The notes below the pieces were generated by a model that was given only the letters and a program-made list of their open reading frames with translations, did not search any database and was not told where the DNA came from. Shown in pieces: positions 31,524-41,339 of a stretch of DNA of 64,000 nt. The stretch comes from an uncultured Gemmatimonadales bacterium (GTDB lineage Bacteria; Gemmatimonadota; Gemmatimonadetes; Palauibacterales; Palauibacteraceae). Location of the stretch: assembly GCA_963783385.1 (NCBI GenBank), contig CAWANJ010000009.1, forward strand, positions 128,001-192,000, read 5' to 3'. The position numbers and the translations under genes are program-made. Position 1 is the first letter of the stretch; every line of letters starts with the position of its first letter.

Positions 31524-32720
31524 AGACGTCAGCGTCCGAAGTCAAGTCTGGGTCCGCTAGCGTCGGTGGCGGCGAGGGACTCCGGATCGCGCACGTCCAA
31601 CCGCTCTCCCTAGACCTATTCGGTCACGATGATACGGATTTCGGCACCGGGGCCAAGTACTTCCTGACCCACATCGCGGCGGCCCAGAGACGAGGGGGTG
31701 ACGAGCCGACGGTGCACCTGCTCACGACGGGAGAGCCTAAACGACTTCAAGTTCGGAACGTTGACGTCTACTTCCACCAATGTGTGCAGCCGCCTGCGTG
31801 GCTCGGTGTGCAGAGGCGCTTCGCTCGCCAGATCAGTCCGTCAATGGTGGCCGCTATCCGCTCTGGTTCGGCTGACATAGTCCATTTCCATGGTTGTCGT
31901 TCTATTCAGGTCATGTATGCGTTGGTGGCATGGAGGGCACACCGGGAGGGCCTGCCATTGGTGGCGCAGGACCACGGTCCTCGATCGGTCGGACCGTTCG
32001 TGGGTGCACTTCAGTCCTATGCCTACAGGCATACGGCTCGCTTCTTGGCGGCGAACGCGGCAGCCGAATGGAATTGCAGGCGCGTGGGATATCCTCATCG
32101 AGGATCGTTCGCAGTCCCAATGGTGTGGATTCGCGCACGTTTCACCCTTCTCGTGAACTACGAGAGCGTCCCCATGATCCGTTTCGCGTTCTGGCTGTGT
32201 TCAGACTGTGGCCTGACAAGGACCAATGACGGTTGTCGAAGGTCTGCGCCGCCTGGCTGCGGGCACGAGCGTCCAGCTGACTCACGTCGGCGGCGGTCCA
32301 ATGGAGAGTGAATTCTGCCGCGCGGTTGAGGAAGCGTCCATTCCTGGCGAGTTCTTGGGCCGGCTGTCTCAAGAGGAACTCGCGAAGTTGTACCGAAGGT
32401 CGAATGCGCTGGTGTTATCGTCACTCCGTGAGGGATTCAACCAAGTCACTATTGAAGCCATGGCGAGTGGACTACCAGTTGTGGCCACGAATGTCGACGG
32501 CATACGCAATGGAGTCGGAGGCGCTGGCATTCTCTTCGAACCGGGAGATGCGGACGCTCTCTCAGGGGCACTGCGCAAGCTCATCGAAAGCCCGGACGAG
32601 TGGCGTAGATACCGCGCGGCCGGGCTGCAGAGATCGAAGCGGTTTCGGTGGGATCCGATAGCAGCGCGTCTGCACGAGGTGTACTTGGAGGCCCTCGGAC
32701 AAACGCCGACGGAGACTTGA
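31520..32720 (+). CDS. GT4 glycosyltransferase, frameshifted
   Basis: DIVHFHG; PNGVD; EGFNQVTIEAMASGLPVV (EX7E motif). Confidence 0.85.
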
Positions 32721-32738
32721 GACTAGGGTAGCCGAACT

Positions 32739-34257
32739 TTGACCGAGCCTACTGGCGCTGCCGCCGAGGTGGCCGACCGACTCGGGTCCTCCGCCGTCCG
32801 AAATCTCGGATGGCAAGGACTATCTACTGTGACGGTGCAGGTACTCCAGGCGGCCGTCACGCTGCTCGTGGCGTCCCGCATGTCCCCAGGCGTTCGCGCT
32901 CGTCGGTATCGCCTCGGTTGTGTTCAACTTGCAGTTTCTGGTCCGGGAGAGTCTCGGCCTGGGGCAGGCTCTGATCTATGTCGAGGACGATGGTCTCCTC
33001 CAGGAGGCGGTCAATGGTTCGTTCCTGGTCACGGCTGGTCTCGGCTGCCTCATTGCTTCGGTCACGTTCGCAGGTGCTCCGCTCTTTGCCAAGCTATTCA
33101 CCCTAGGCTTCATTCGGTCCGACGTGGCGAACGTGGTTCGAGTGATCAGCTTGTTCCTGCTTTTCGTCGCCGTTGGCCACATTCCCCAGTCAGTGCTCGA
33201 GCGGTTCCACGATTTTCGGACTCGCGCAGTGGTCGAGATGGCAGCCGTCGTGACCTACGCGGGGGTGGCGGTTGTGCTCTTGCAGGTTGGTTTGGGCGTG
33301 TGGAGCATAGTCTTGGCTCGGCCCGCGCAAGGGGCCGTTCTCGCAATTGGGTGCTGGATCGCGACCCCCATAAAGCCGAGAATCCCTCCCCGCATTCATC
33401 GAGGAACCCTGGGTGCTCTCGTCCGATATGGGCGGTTCTTGGGAGGCGTGAGCGTTCTGGGCTTCGCAATGTCGAGCTTGGACAACGTGATTATGGGATG
33501 GCTTGCGGGAGGCGTCGCGCTCGGTGCGTACGCACTCGCCTATACGGTGACTAACGCGGCGCCGACCTTGATAACTCAGACCGTGAACAAGGTGTTCTTT
33601 CCGCTGTTTTCGCGATTCAGGAAGGACAGGGAGGCTCTGTCTCTGGGCTTTGCGGGGGCAGTTCACTGGGCGTCGGTAGCCATTCTGCCGGCCACCGTCG
33701 GGCTGCTCACGGTTGTACCCAATGCGCTGGTAGCTCTCTTCGGTCCGGAATGGCGGGCAGCGGGGGCCTTCGTGACGGTGCTGGCATTGTATGGCTTGGC
33801 CCGGACTGTGGGCACGCTGGGTAATTCGCTCCTGGCCAGCGTCGGGAGGCCGGAACTCACCTTCTGGGCGTCGGTCGTCGCTGTCGGCGTATCGCTGGCA
33901 CTTCTCTGGCCGCTCAGCCAGTTCGGCGCCGTCGGAATCGTCTGGGCCTACACCCTGGGTCAGCTTGCCTCGGCGATCTTCTCGATCGCCCACACCCGTC
34001 ACTGGTGGATCCGCCGCCTGGCGACCAATCTGGGACCGCCTCTCGTAGTCACACTGCTGTCTTTGCTGGTCGGGCTCTTGGTCGGCCGAGCATTACCAGG
34101 AGGCGACACCCGCGACATCGGTGCAATGCTCGCGCTCGGATTCTGCTATCCTCCGCTGCTGTGGCTTATCGACGCAAGGTTCCGCGCCTCTGTAGCTGGA
34201 CTCATGGGGAGGGAACGGACTCCCGGCCAACGGTGGCTTTCGCTGTGGGAAGATAAG
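32739..34257 (+). CDS. wzx: Wzx flippase (PST family), frameshift near 32890; reads in frame into the next GT
   Basis: LGLGQALI, LERFHDFR, DNVIMGWL.G..ALGAYALAY, VFFPLFSR, LFGPEW; about 12-14 TMs. End approximate. Confidence 0.82.
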
Positions 34258-35511
34258 GTGAGATGTGAGGATGATCCGGCTCGAGACGCGCGTTGCAATG
34301 ACGACCCGGATTGCGAGCGAGCTGGGAAGGAGCGTCCACTACGGATCTGCTATTTCGGGTTCTTCGATCCCGGCTATCCTCGCAATGCAATCCTACGTCG
34401 GGGCCTCGAAGCCAAACGCAATGTAGAACTCGTCGAATGCAGGGTGCCGGCTGGCCTAGAGCCCGGACACTATCGAGGCGAGGGCATGCAGGGCTTCGGG
34501 TTGCGCCGGCTCCTTTTCGAAGTCGATGACCTGGGTCGAACCGTCCGCCGAATCGTGTATCTGACGCGGTGCTATCTACGTCTTCCGAAGCCCATCAATG
34601 CTATCGTCGTAGCAGAATTCAATCAAGGCGCGGTACCACTCGCGAAAGCGTTGGGGGTGCTTTCGGATACGCCGGTGATTGCAGACTTCCTAGTGTCTCT
34701 CTACGAGGAGGCCGTGCTTCTCCGGAAGACTCTGAGGCCCGGTCGACCTCGCGCTCGTTACAGACGGCTCATCAATGCGCTCACCGTCAAGTTCGCAGAC
34801 CGGTTGATCTTGGATTGCGAACCCCAGATAGACTTCTATGATCAGCTTTTTCCAGGTTTGGCGGCGAAGGCTGCTGTTGTCCCGATCGGTGCGCCGACGT
34901 GGGATTTCCCCGTCGTCCGGCTCAGGTCTCGTCGCGCTGCAGACCCATTCCGGGTCATCTTCTATGGCTTCGTTACCCCGTTGCACGGCCTGGACACGAT
35001 TCTCCGGGCGGCGGACGCTCTTGCTAGAGACGGACGGTTTGAGTTCGAGATAGTGGGCGCAGGATCACTCTACGATCAACTTTGCAGTGATTTCCAGGAT
35101 GTTCCAAGCGTTTCGTGGCGAGGAGCCATGCCGGTCGCCGAACTGCGCCGCGCGATCGCTTCCTCGGACGTATGTCTCGGCTTGTTTGGACAGGACGCTC
35201 GCGCTTCGAGAGTCGTGCCCAACAAGGTTTGGCAGGGTCTGTCGATGGGCCGTCCGGTGGTGACAGGAGACGGCCCCGGACCGCGTAGCATTTTCGGCGA
35301 TGGAGAGCACTTGCTTCTGGTGCCGTTGGGCGACCCGGAGAGTCTTGCAGCAGCCCTGAGGTTGCTCGCCAATGATCCGGATCTGGCTGCCCGTCTGGCT
35401 CAAGCCGGCTGTGATCTGGTGCGGAGCCAGTTCACCAGCACGCCCTTGGCCTGCCGCCTGGTGAGGTTGGTGAGAGACTTGGCCCAAGAGAGGACAGTTG
35501 GCGTGGGTTGA
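34258..35511 (+). CDS. GT4-like glycosyltransferase (C-terminal part of ORF 32920..35511)
   Basis: ICYFGFFDPGYPRN, FYGFVTPLHGLD, DVCLGLFG...ASRVVPNKVWQGLSMGRPVVT. Confidence 0.82.
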   Translation: MRCEDDPARDARCNDDPDCERAGKERPLRICYFGFFDPGYPRNAILRRGLEAKRNVELVECRVPAGLEPGHYRGEGMQGFGLRRLLFEVDDLGRTVRRIVYLTRCYLRLPKPINAIVVAEFNQGAVPLAKALGVLSDTPVIADFLVSLYEEAVLLRKTLRPGRPRARYRRLINALTVKFADRLILDCEPQIDFYDQLFPGLAAKAAVVPIGAPTWDFPVVRLRSRRAADPFRVIFYGFVTPLHGLDTILRAADALARDGRFEFEIVGAGSLYDQLCSDFQDVPSVSWRGAMPVAELRRAIASSDVCLGLFGQDARASRVVPNKVWQGLSMGRPVVTGDGPGPRSIFGDGEHLLLVPLGDPESLAAALRLLANDPDLAARLAQAGCDLVRSQFTSTPLACRLVRLVRDLAQERTVGVG

Positions 35512-35544
35512 AGGGACCGGACAATGCTGCAGGTTGATGGTTGC

Positions 35545-37586
35545 TCAGCCACCCGCCACGGCTTGTTTGAAGCTCTCTGCGGCTGGCTTGGGCGAGAAGT
35601 CGGATCGAAACAGTCCGTAGTAGTACGTCGGGGGTCGATCATAGTCGAGGAAGTATGTGGCGAGCGTGACATACGGGAACTGACGAGTGAGCATCGCTAT
35701 GGAGGCGCCCACGTATTCCGCCTGTTGGGCCTCGCTGACTTTGGCGGTGGACCAACCCCATTCGGTCACCCATACGGGGCGGTTCCCCCGTCCGTGGTCG
35801 AGCATCGCCTCGTGGATGAGTTGGATATCGGTGAAGTTGTTCTCGTAGGGAATGACGATGTCGGGAGCCTGCGATTGACCCGGGTACGGATGTACGGCGA
35901 CGGCGTCCGGATCGAGCCCGAGCCCGTACAGAGATTCCAGGAAGGTCCGTCCATTGATGTCCTGCCCTCCGGCGCAGCATGGACTTGAGAGACCGCCCAG
36001 CGCGATCTCGGCGGTCGGATCTTCGGACCGAATGGCGTCGTAGGCCGTATGATACCAGCGCGCGTACCTGGCTGGGTCGGGGGCCGGTCGCCAGAAATTG
36101 TGCAAGTTGGGTTCGTTCCACATCTCCCAATAGTGAACCCGACCGCGGTAGCGATGGGCCGCGGCCCGAAGGAAGTCGGCGTAAGAGGTGAGCCAGCGCT
36201 GGAAGGCGCTGTCGGCCGTTGGAACGTAGGCCCAGTGGTCCGGCACCGTATCGGCGACCCCGTTAGCCCAAGCAGGAGAGCCGTAGACCACAAAAAGGGG
36301 AGCGAGACCGGCGCGATCGAGCTCGGCGAGCACGGAATCGACGCGGCTCCAATCTCTCTGACCCTGTCGGGGCTCGATGAGATGCCACAAGAGGCTGCTC
36401 CTGGAAATTCGTGCACCGATCATTTGGGCGGCCGCGATGGCAGCCTTTCGACGATCTGGCGAGCCATCCCAGGTGAGGTCCTGATGAACTCCGAAGAGGA
36501 TTGGATGTGCATCGGTGCCTCGGCCAGCCAAAACGGAAATCGATGCTCTGGCCTCTCTGCCTCCGCTACTCACATGGATCTCAGCGGAGCCAGGAGAGCG
36601 ACCGAGGACCAGTCCAGTGGCATCCACGCTGGCCACGCTGGTGTCGGAGCTCGACCAGTGCGTCGACCCGTTCAGGAGATTTCCCTGTCCATTGAGGATC
36701 GAGGCATACAGTCGTGCCGTGTCCCCTGCCGCGACTTGGACGGCAGGCGGCGAGATCTCCACGGCCCCGACGACGCTTGTCGCCAGGACCGCATAGGCGG
36801 CAAACCGAGTGATGGCTGCTGTCACCGTTTTGGATCCAGTATCGACCGAACTCCCGCTCACTATGGTCCATCCCTGGTCGGAAAGATAGGCAAGAGCGAG
36901 GCTGGATTCTTGGGCTCCGAATGGGATGGCTTCGGATTTGTACGCGATCGTCAATTCAACCGGTTTCCCAAATGAGGAGGCCTCCGGCAGAATCTGATAA
37001 CCGTGCCGGCCTACAAGAGCCGGATCATCGCTGGCAGAATCCGTGGGACGGATCGTGACGATCATGTCGGAGGCGAGTGCCCCTTCCGGGACCGTCAGTT
37101 TCGCCTCGCCGTCCGAGCTGCGAGCTGATCCACCGGTGGAGAGATGACTGTACCAATGCGGACAGCTGCGGAGTCGGCAAGGTTACCAGCGGAAGCTACG
37201 ACGTGGGCAACTCCTCCTCGGAGCCCGATCACCCGACCCTCAGCAGAGACAGCAACAACCGAGGGATCGCTGACCAACCACGTGAAGGCGGTCTCGAGGT
37301 CCACTCCATCGGCGTTGGTGGCACGGGCAACCAGTCGCGTAGTATCGCCGATTGCCAGTTCGAGGTCTTTGGGTTGCACGGAAACGGTGGCAACCTGGGA
37401 GGTGCCAGGCTGGACTCCTGGTCCGGTAGCAGGGCCGGCGGAGCAGGCCGCGCCAAGGAGCGTGAGAACTAGTGAAGCGCCAGTTCGCACGGCTTCAAGG
37501 AGCCTGGGGCTCTGATGACGGATGGGACGCAGTCCCGTTGGCTTCAGAGACCAGTACATGTGTATGCACTCGACCGTAATCGTCAT
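35545..37586 (-). CDS. Lipoprotein: Big_2, ZU5-like, Big_2 and clan GH-A (GH39/GH5-like) glycoside hydrolase domains; frameshift near 37140
   Basis: Lipobox LGAAC; WLVSDPSVVAVS and WSSSDTSVASVD Ig repeats; KLTVPEGAL (ZU5-like) bridges the two ORFs; catalytic WEMWNEPN and VWVTEWG. Start uncertain. Confidence 0.8.
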
Positions 37587-37850
37587 GACGAGCGCGCGCC
37601 ATCCTTGAATTCCCCTCCCGGGTTAGACTGGGATGGGCGTGCTGAGAGCGTTGGTGTAATGCGGCGTTCGTACCCGAGCGCATGTTGTTTCTTGGCATGG
37701 ACATGAGTTTGGGAGAGGCCATGATTCTTCTGCACATTGTGACTAGTGCGCAGTTTTTTCACGTACCTCTGCGTGTTTGCCCGGGCGCCCTGGTCCGACT
37801 TCAGGCGACCCTCCAAGATTCGATAGCAGGTTTGAGACAGGAGAGATTCG

Positions 37851-38420
37851 ATGCCCTTCACCTTCAAGCCTCTAGAGATCCCGGAGGTCGTCCTCGTCGA
37901 GGCCGTGGCGTTCGCCGACGCGCGGGGCTTCTTCAAGGAGACCTTCAAGCGATCGGCGTTCGCCGACCACGGCCTGCCGACCGAGTTCGTCCAGGACAAC
38001 TTCTCCAGGTCCGCGCGCGGCGTCCTGAGGGGACTCCACTACCAGCTCGAGCCACGGGCCCAGGGGAAGCTCGTGAGCGTGCTGCATGGCGCGATCTTCG
38101 ATGTGGCCGTCGACATCCGGAAGGGATCGCCCACGTTCGGCCGCTGGGTGGGCGTCCGCCTGGACGGCGAGGAACACAGAATGCTCTGGGTTCCGGAGGG
38201 CTTCGCCCACGGCTTCGCGGCTCTGAGCGACGCAACGGATGTGGCCTACAGGGTGACGCGCGAATATGCGCCCGAGGCCGATCGGGGCATTCGCTGGGAC
38301 GACCCGGCGCTGTCGATCGACTGGCCGATCGACGAGCCCATCCTGTCCGAGAAGGACCGGGGCCATCCGGCCCTGGCCGACGCCGAGAACAACTTCACAT
38401 ACGGGGGAAGCGGAGCATGA
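37851..38420 (+). CDS. rmlC: dTDP-4-dehydrorhamnose 3,5-epimerase
   Basis: DARGFFKE, QDNFSRS.RGVLRGLHYQ, GFAHGF, WDDP..IDWP, LSEKD. Confidence 0.95.
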   Translation: MPFTFKPLEIPEVVLVEAVAFADARGFFKETFKRSAFADHGLPTEFVQDNFSRSARGVLRGLHYQLEPRAQGKLVSVLHGAIFDVAVDIRKGSPTFGRWVGVRLDGEEHRMLWVPEGFAHGFAALSDATDVAYRVTREYAPEADRGIRWDDPALSIDWPIDEPILSEKDRGHPALADAENNFTYGGSGA

Positions 38421-39415
38421 CGGAGTCCAGGCAGGTCCTCGTGACGGGGGCGGGCGGTTACATCGGGTCGGTGCTCACCCGTCTCCTTCTCGAGCATGGA
38501 TACGAGGTCAAGGCCGTCGATCGCTTCTTCTTCGGCCGGGACACCCTTCCGCCGGACGACGAGCGGCTCACCACGGTCGAGGCCGACATCCGCGAGCTGG
38601 ATGAAGGGGCGTTCGAGGGCGTGTACGGCGTGATCGATCTGGCCGCGCTCTCCAACGACCCGGCGGGCGAGCTCGACCCCGAGGTGACCTGGTCGGTCAA
38701 CCACCGCGGCCGGGCGCGCGTGGCGCGCCTGGCCGGGCGCGCCGGGGTCGCGCGGTACATCCTGCCCTCATCCTGCAGCGTGTATGGATTCCAGGACGAG
38801 ATGCTGGACGAGACCTCGGCGATCAATCCCCTCACGACGTATGCGAAGGCGAACCGGAAGGCCGAGGAGGACATCCTCCCGCTGGCGGACGGGGACTTCT
38901 GCGTCACCGTGATCCGCCAGGCCACCGTATACGGAGCGTCGCATCGCATGCGCTTCGATCTGGCGATCAACGGCATGGTCAAGGGCTTCCGGGAGAACGG
39001 GAAGATCCCGATCTTGCGCGATGGGACCCAGTGGCGGCCCTTCGTGCACGTGAGGGACACCTCCCGGGCGATGCTGCGCCTCCTCGAGGCTTCGCCCGCC
39101 GCGATCAGCGGGGAGATCTTCAACGTCGGATCGGACGACCAGAACGTCCAGATCATGCCCCTGGCCCAACTCGTAGCCGATTCGGTGGGGCGACCCTTCG
39201 AGTACGAGTGGTATGGCTCTCCGGACCACCGGTCTTATCGGGTGAGCTTCGCCAAGATCCGGGACCGACTCGACTTTCAGTGCGAGTGGAGCCCGGCCGA
39301 CGGCGCCGCCGAGGTCCACGAGGCCATCGAAGCGGGCGAAGTGGACCCGGAGGACCCGAGGACGATAACGGTGGGCTGGTACAAGCGCCTGCTGAGCAAT
39401 GGCGTGGAGATCTGA
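38417..39415 (+). CDS. NAD-dependent epimerase/dehydratase (extended SDR, not canonical RmlB)
   Basis: VTGAGGYIG, LAALSNDP, SSCSVYG, RMRFDL, GTQWRPFVHV. Confidence 0.88.
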   Translation: MTESRQVLVTGAGGYIGSVLTRLLLEHGYEVKAVDRFFFGRDTLPPDDERLTTVEADIRELDEGAFEGVYGVIDLAALSNDPAGELDPEVTWSVNHRGRARVARLAGRAGVARYILPSSCSVYGFQDEMLDETSAINPLTTYAKANRKAEEDILPLADGDFCVTVIRQATVYGASHRMRFDLAINGMVKGFRENGKIPILRDGTQWRPFVHVRDTSRAMLRLLEASPAAISGEIFNVGSDDQNVQIMPLAQLVADSVGRPFEYEWYGSPDHRSYRVSFAKIRDRLDFQCEWSPADGAAEVHEAIEAGEVDPEDPRTITVGWYKRLLSNGVEI

Positions 39416-39462
39416 GGGCGGGCTCGCCGATCGGGCCGTCACCCCTTCCAGGAGGAGAGCTC

Positions 39463-40386
39463 GTGCATCGAAAGGGAATCGTCCTGGCCGGCGGGTCGGG
39501 CACGCGGCTCGATCCGTTGACGCGTGTGGTGAGCAAGCAGCTCATGCCCGTCTACGACAAGCCGCTGGTGTACTACCCGATCTCCACCCTGATGCTGGCG
39601 GGCGTCCGGGACATCCTCTTGATCACGACGCCACGGGCCGTTCCCCTGTTCGAGGAGCTGCTGGGCGACGGATCGGACTGGGGGATCTCGATCCGATACG
39701 AGGTGCAGCCCCGCCCCGAGGGCATCGCACAGGCGTTTCTGATCGGGCGTGACTTCCTGAACGGTGACCCGTGCGCGCTGATCCTCGGCGACAACATCTT
39801 CTATGGGCACGGCCTGGTCGAGCAGCTGCGGAGGGCGGCTGCGCGGGACCGTGGGGCCACGGTCTTCGGGTACCGGGTCGAGCGGCCGGAGCGCTACGGC
39901 GTGGTGAGCTTCACGCCGGATGGCCGGGTGACCGACATCGTCGAGAAGCCCTCGACGCCGCCATCCGCCTACGCGGTGACCGGTCTGTACTTCTACAATG
40001 GCGACGTGGTGGATATCGCGAGCGGCCTCGAGCCCTCGGATCGCGGCGAGCTCGAGATCACGGATGTGAACCGGGCGTATCTGGCTCGCGACCAGTTGAG
40101 CGTGGAGCTGTTGGGCCGGGGCTTCGCCTGGCTCAATGCCGGCACGCCCGAGTCCCTGCTGGCCGCGTCGGACTTCATGATGACACTCGAATCCCGACAG
40201 GGGCTCAAGGCGTGTTGTCCCGAGGAGATCGCCTACCGAATGGCCTTCGTCGACCGGGAGCACCTCGTGGATCTTGCCGAGCGAGCGGGCAACGCCAGTT
40301 ATGGCGCCTACCTGCGTCGAATCGCCGAGGAGCCGGATTGGGCCGATCCGTACGGACTGAGGCTGAAGAGGAGGGCGGGGGAATGA
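39463..40386 (+). CDS. rmlA: Glucose-1-phosphate thymidylyltransferase
   Basis: AGGAGG RBS, KGIVLAGGSGTRL, SKQLMPVYDKP, LGDNIFYG, EKP, RGELEITD. Confidence 0.95.
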   Translation: MHRKGIVLAGGSGTRLDPLTRVVSKQLMPVYDKPLVYYPISTLMLAGVRDILLITTPRAVPLFEELLGDGSDWGISIRYEVQPRPEGIAQAFLIGRDFLNGDPCALILGDNIFYGHGLVEQLRRAAARDRGATVFGYRVERPERYGVVSFTPDGRVTDIVEKPSTPPSAYAVTGLYFYNGDVVDIASGLEPSDRGELEITDVNRAYLARDQLSVELLGRGFAWLNAGTPESLLAASDFMMTLESRQGLKACCPEEIAYRMAFVDREHLVDLAERAGNASYGAYLRRIAEEPDWADPYGLRLKRRAGE

Positions 40387-40444
40387 CGACCACCGGACGG
40401 CGCGGGCCCATCCGACCACCGAGCTCCGGCCGGAGCCTCGCGGC

Positions 40445-41339
40445 GTGAGGTTCCTGTTGACCGGGGCCGGCGGCCAGGTGGGCCGAGAGGTGGTCCGGTG
40501 GGCCGGTCGTCGTGGCATGTCCGTCCGGGCCCTGGAGCGAGCGGAGCTGGACGTCTCCGACGCCGGGCAGGTCAGGGACGCGATCGCCTCGACCGATGGG
40601 CTGACGGCCGTGCTGAATACGGCCGCTTACACGGAGGTCGATACGGCCGAGTCCGAACCCGAGCGAGCGTATCTCGTCAACGCACACGGGGCCGAGGTGC
40701 TGGCCGAATTCGCCGGGTTGGCGGGGGTGCCGCTCGTGCACGTCTCCACGGACTACGTGTTCGACGGTGACGGCGACAGCGCGTACCGGGAGGACGACGA
40801 GCCCCATCCTCTCAACGTCTACGGCGAGAGCAAGCTCGCGGGCGAACGAGCGGTGCGCGACGCTCTGGCGCGGCACGTCATCGTCAGGACATCGCTGGAT
40901 CTTCGGCGCGCATCGCCGGAATTTCGTGAAAACAATGCTGCGGCTGGCCGAGGAGCGGGATGAGCTGAGCATCGTGTGTGATGAAGAGGGATGCCCGACC
41001 GGCGCGGGCCAGCTGGCCCACACGCTCCTTACGATCGGTCGCATGGTCTCGACACCCTCCTTCGAGGCCTGGGGCACCTACCACTACGCGGGCCGACCGA
41101 GCATCACCCGGTCCGACTATGCGAGGGCCATCTTCACCGCCAGCGGCGGCACCCCGGGGCTCCCGAGCGCCCGGGTACTCGACATCGGGTCCGACGAGTA
41201 CGAGAGTGCTGCCCGACGTCCCCGCCGTGCCATCCTCGACTGCCGCCGCATCCAGAGTGAGCTGGGTATCCATCCACCGGAGTGGAGACCATACCTCTCG
41301 GTCGTCCTCCGCCAGATCTCGAAGGACCGAACAACGTGA
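40445..41339 (+). CDS. rmlD: dTDP-4-dehydrorhamnose reductase, frameshift near 40895
   Basis: LTGAGGQVG, AAYTEVD.AE, STDYVFDG, YGESKLAGE; continues as WIFG...NFVKTML...ARRP in another frame. Confidence 0.9.

Larger units (their letters stand above)
19520..37850. other. Compositionally distinct exopolysaccharide island
   Basis: Clearly more A/T-ending codons than the flanks by eye, with abrupt changes after 19518 and at about 37850. No integrase or terminal repeats seen. Confidence 0.7.
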
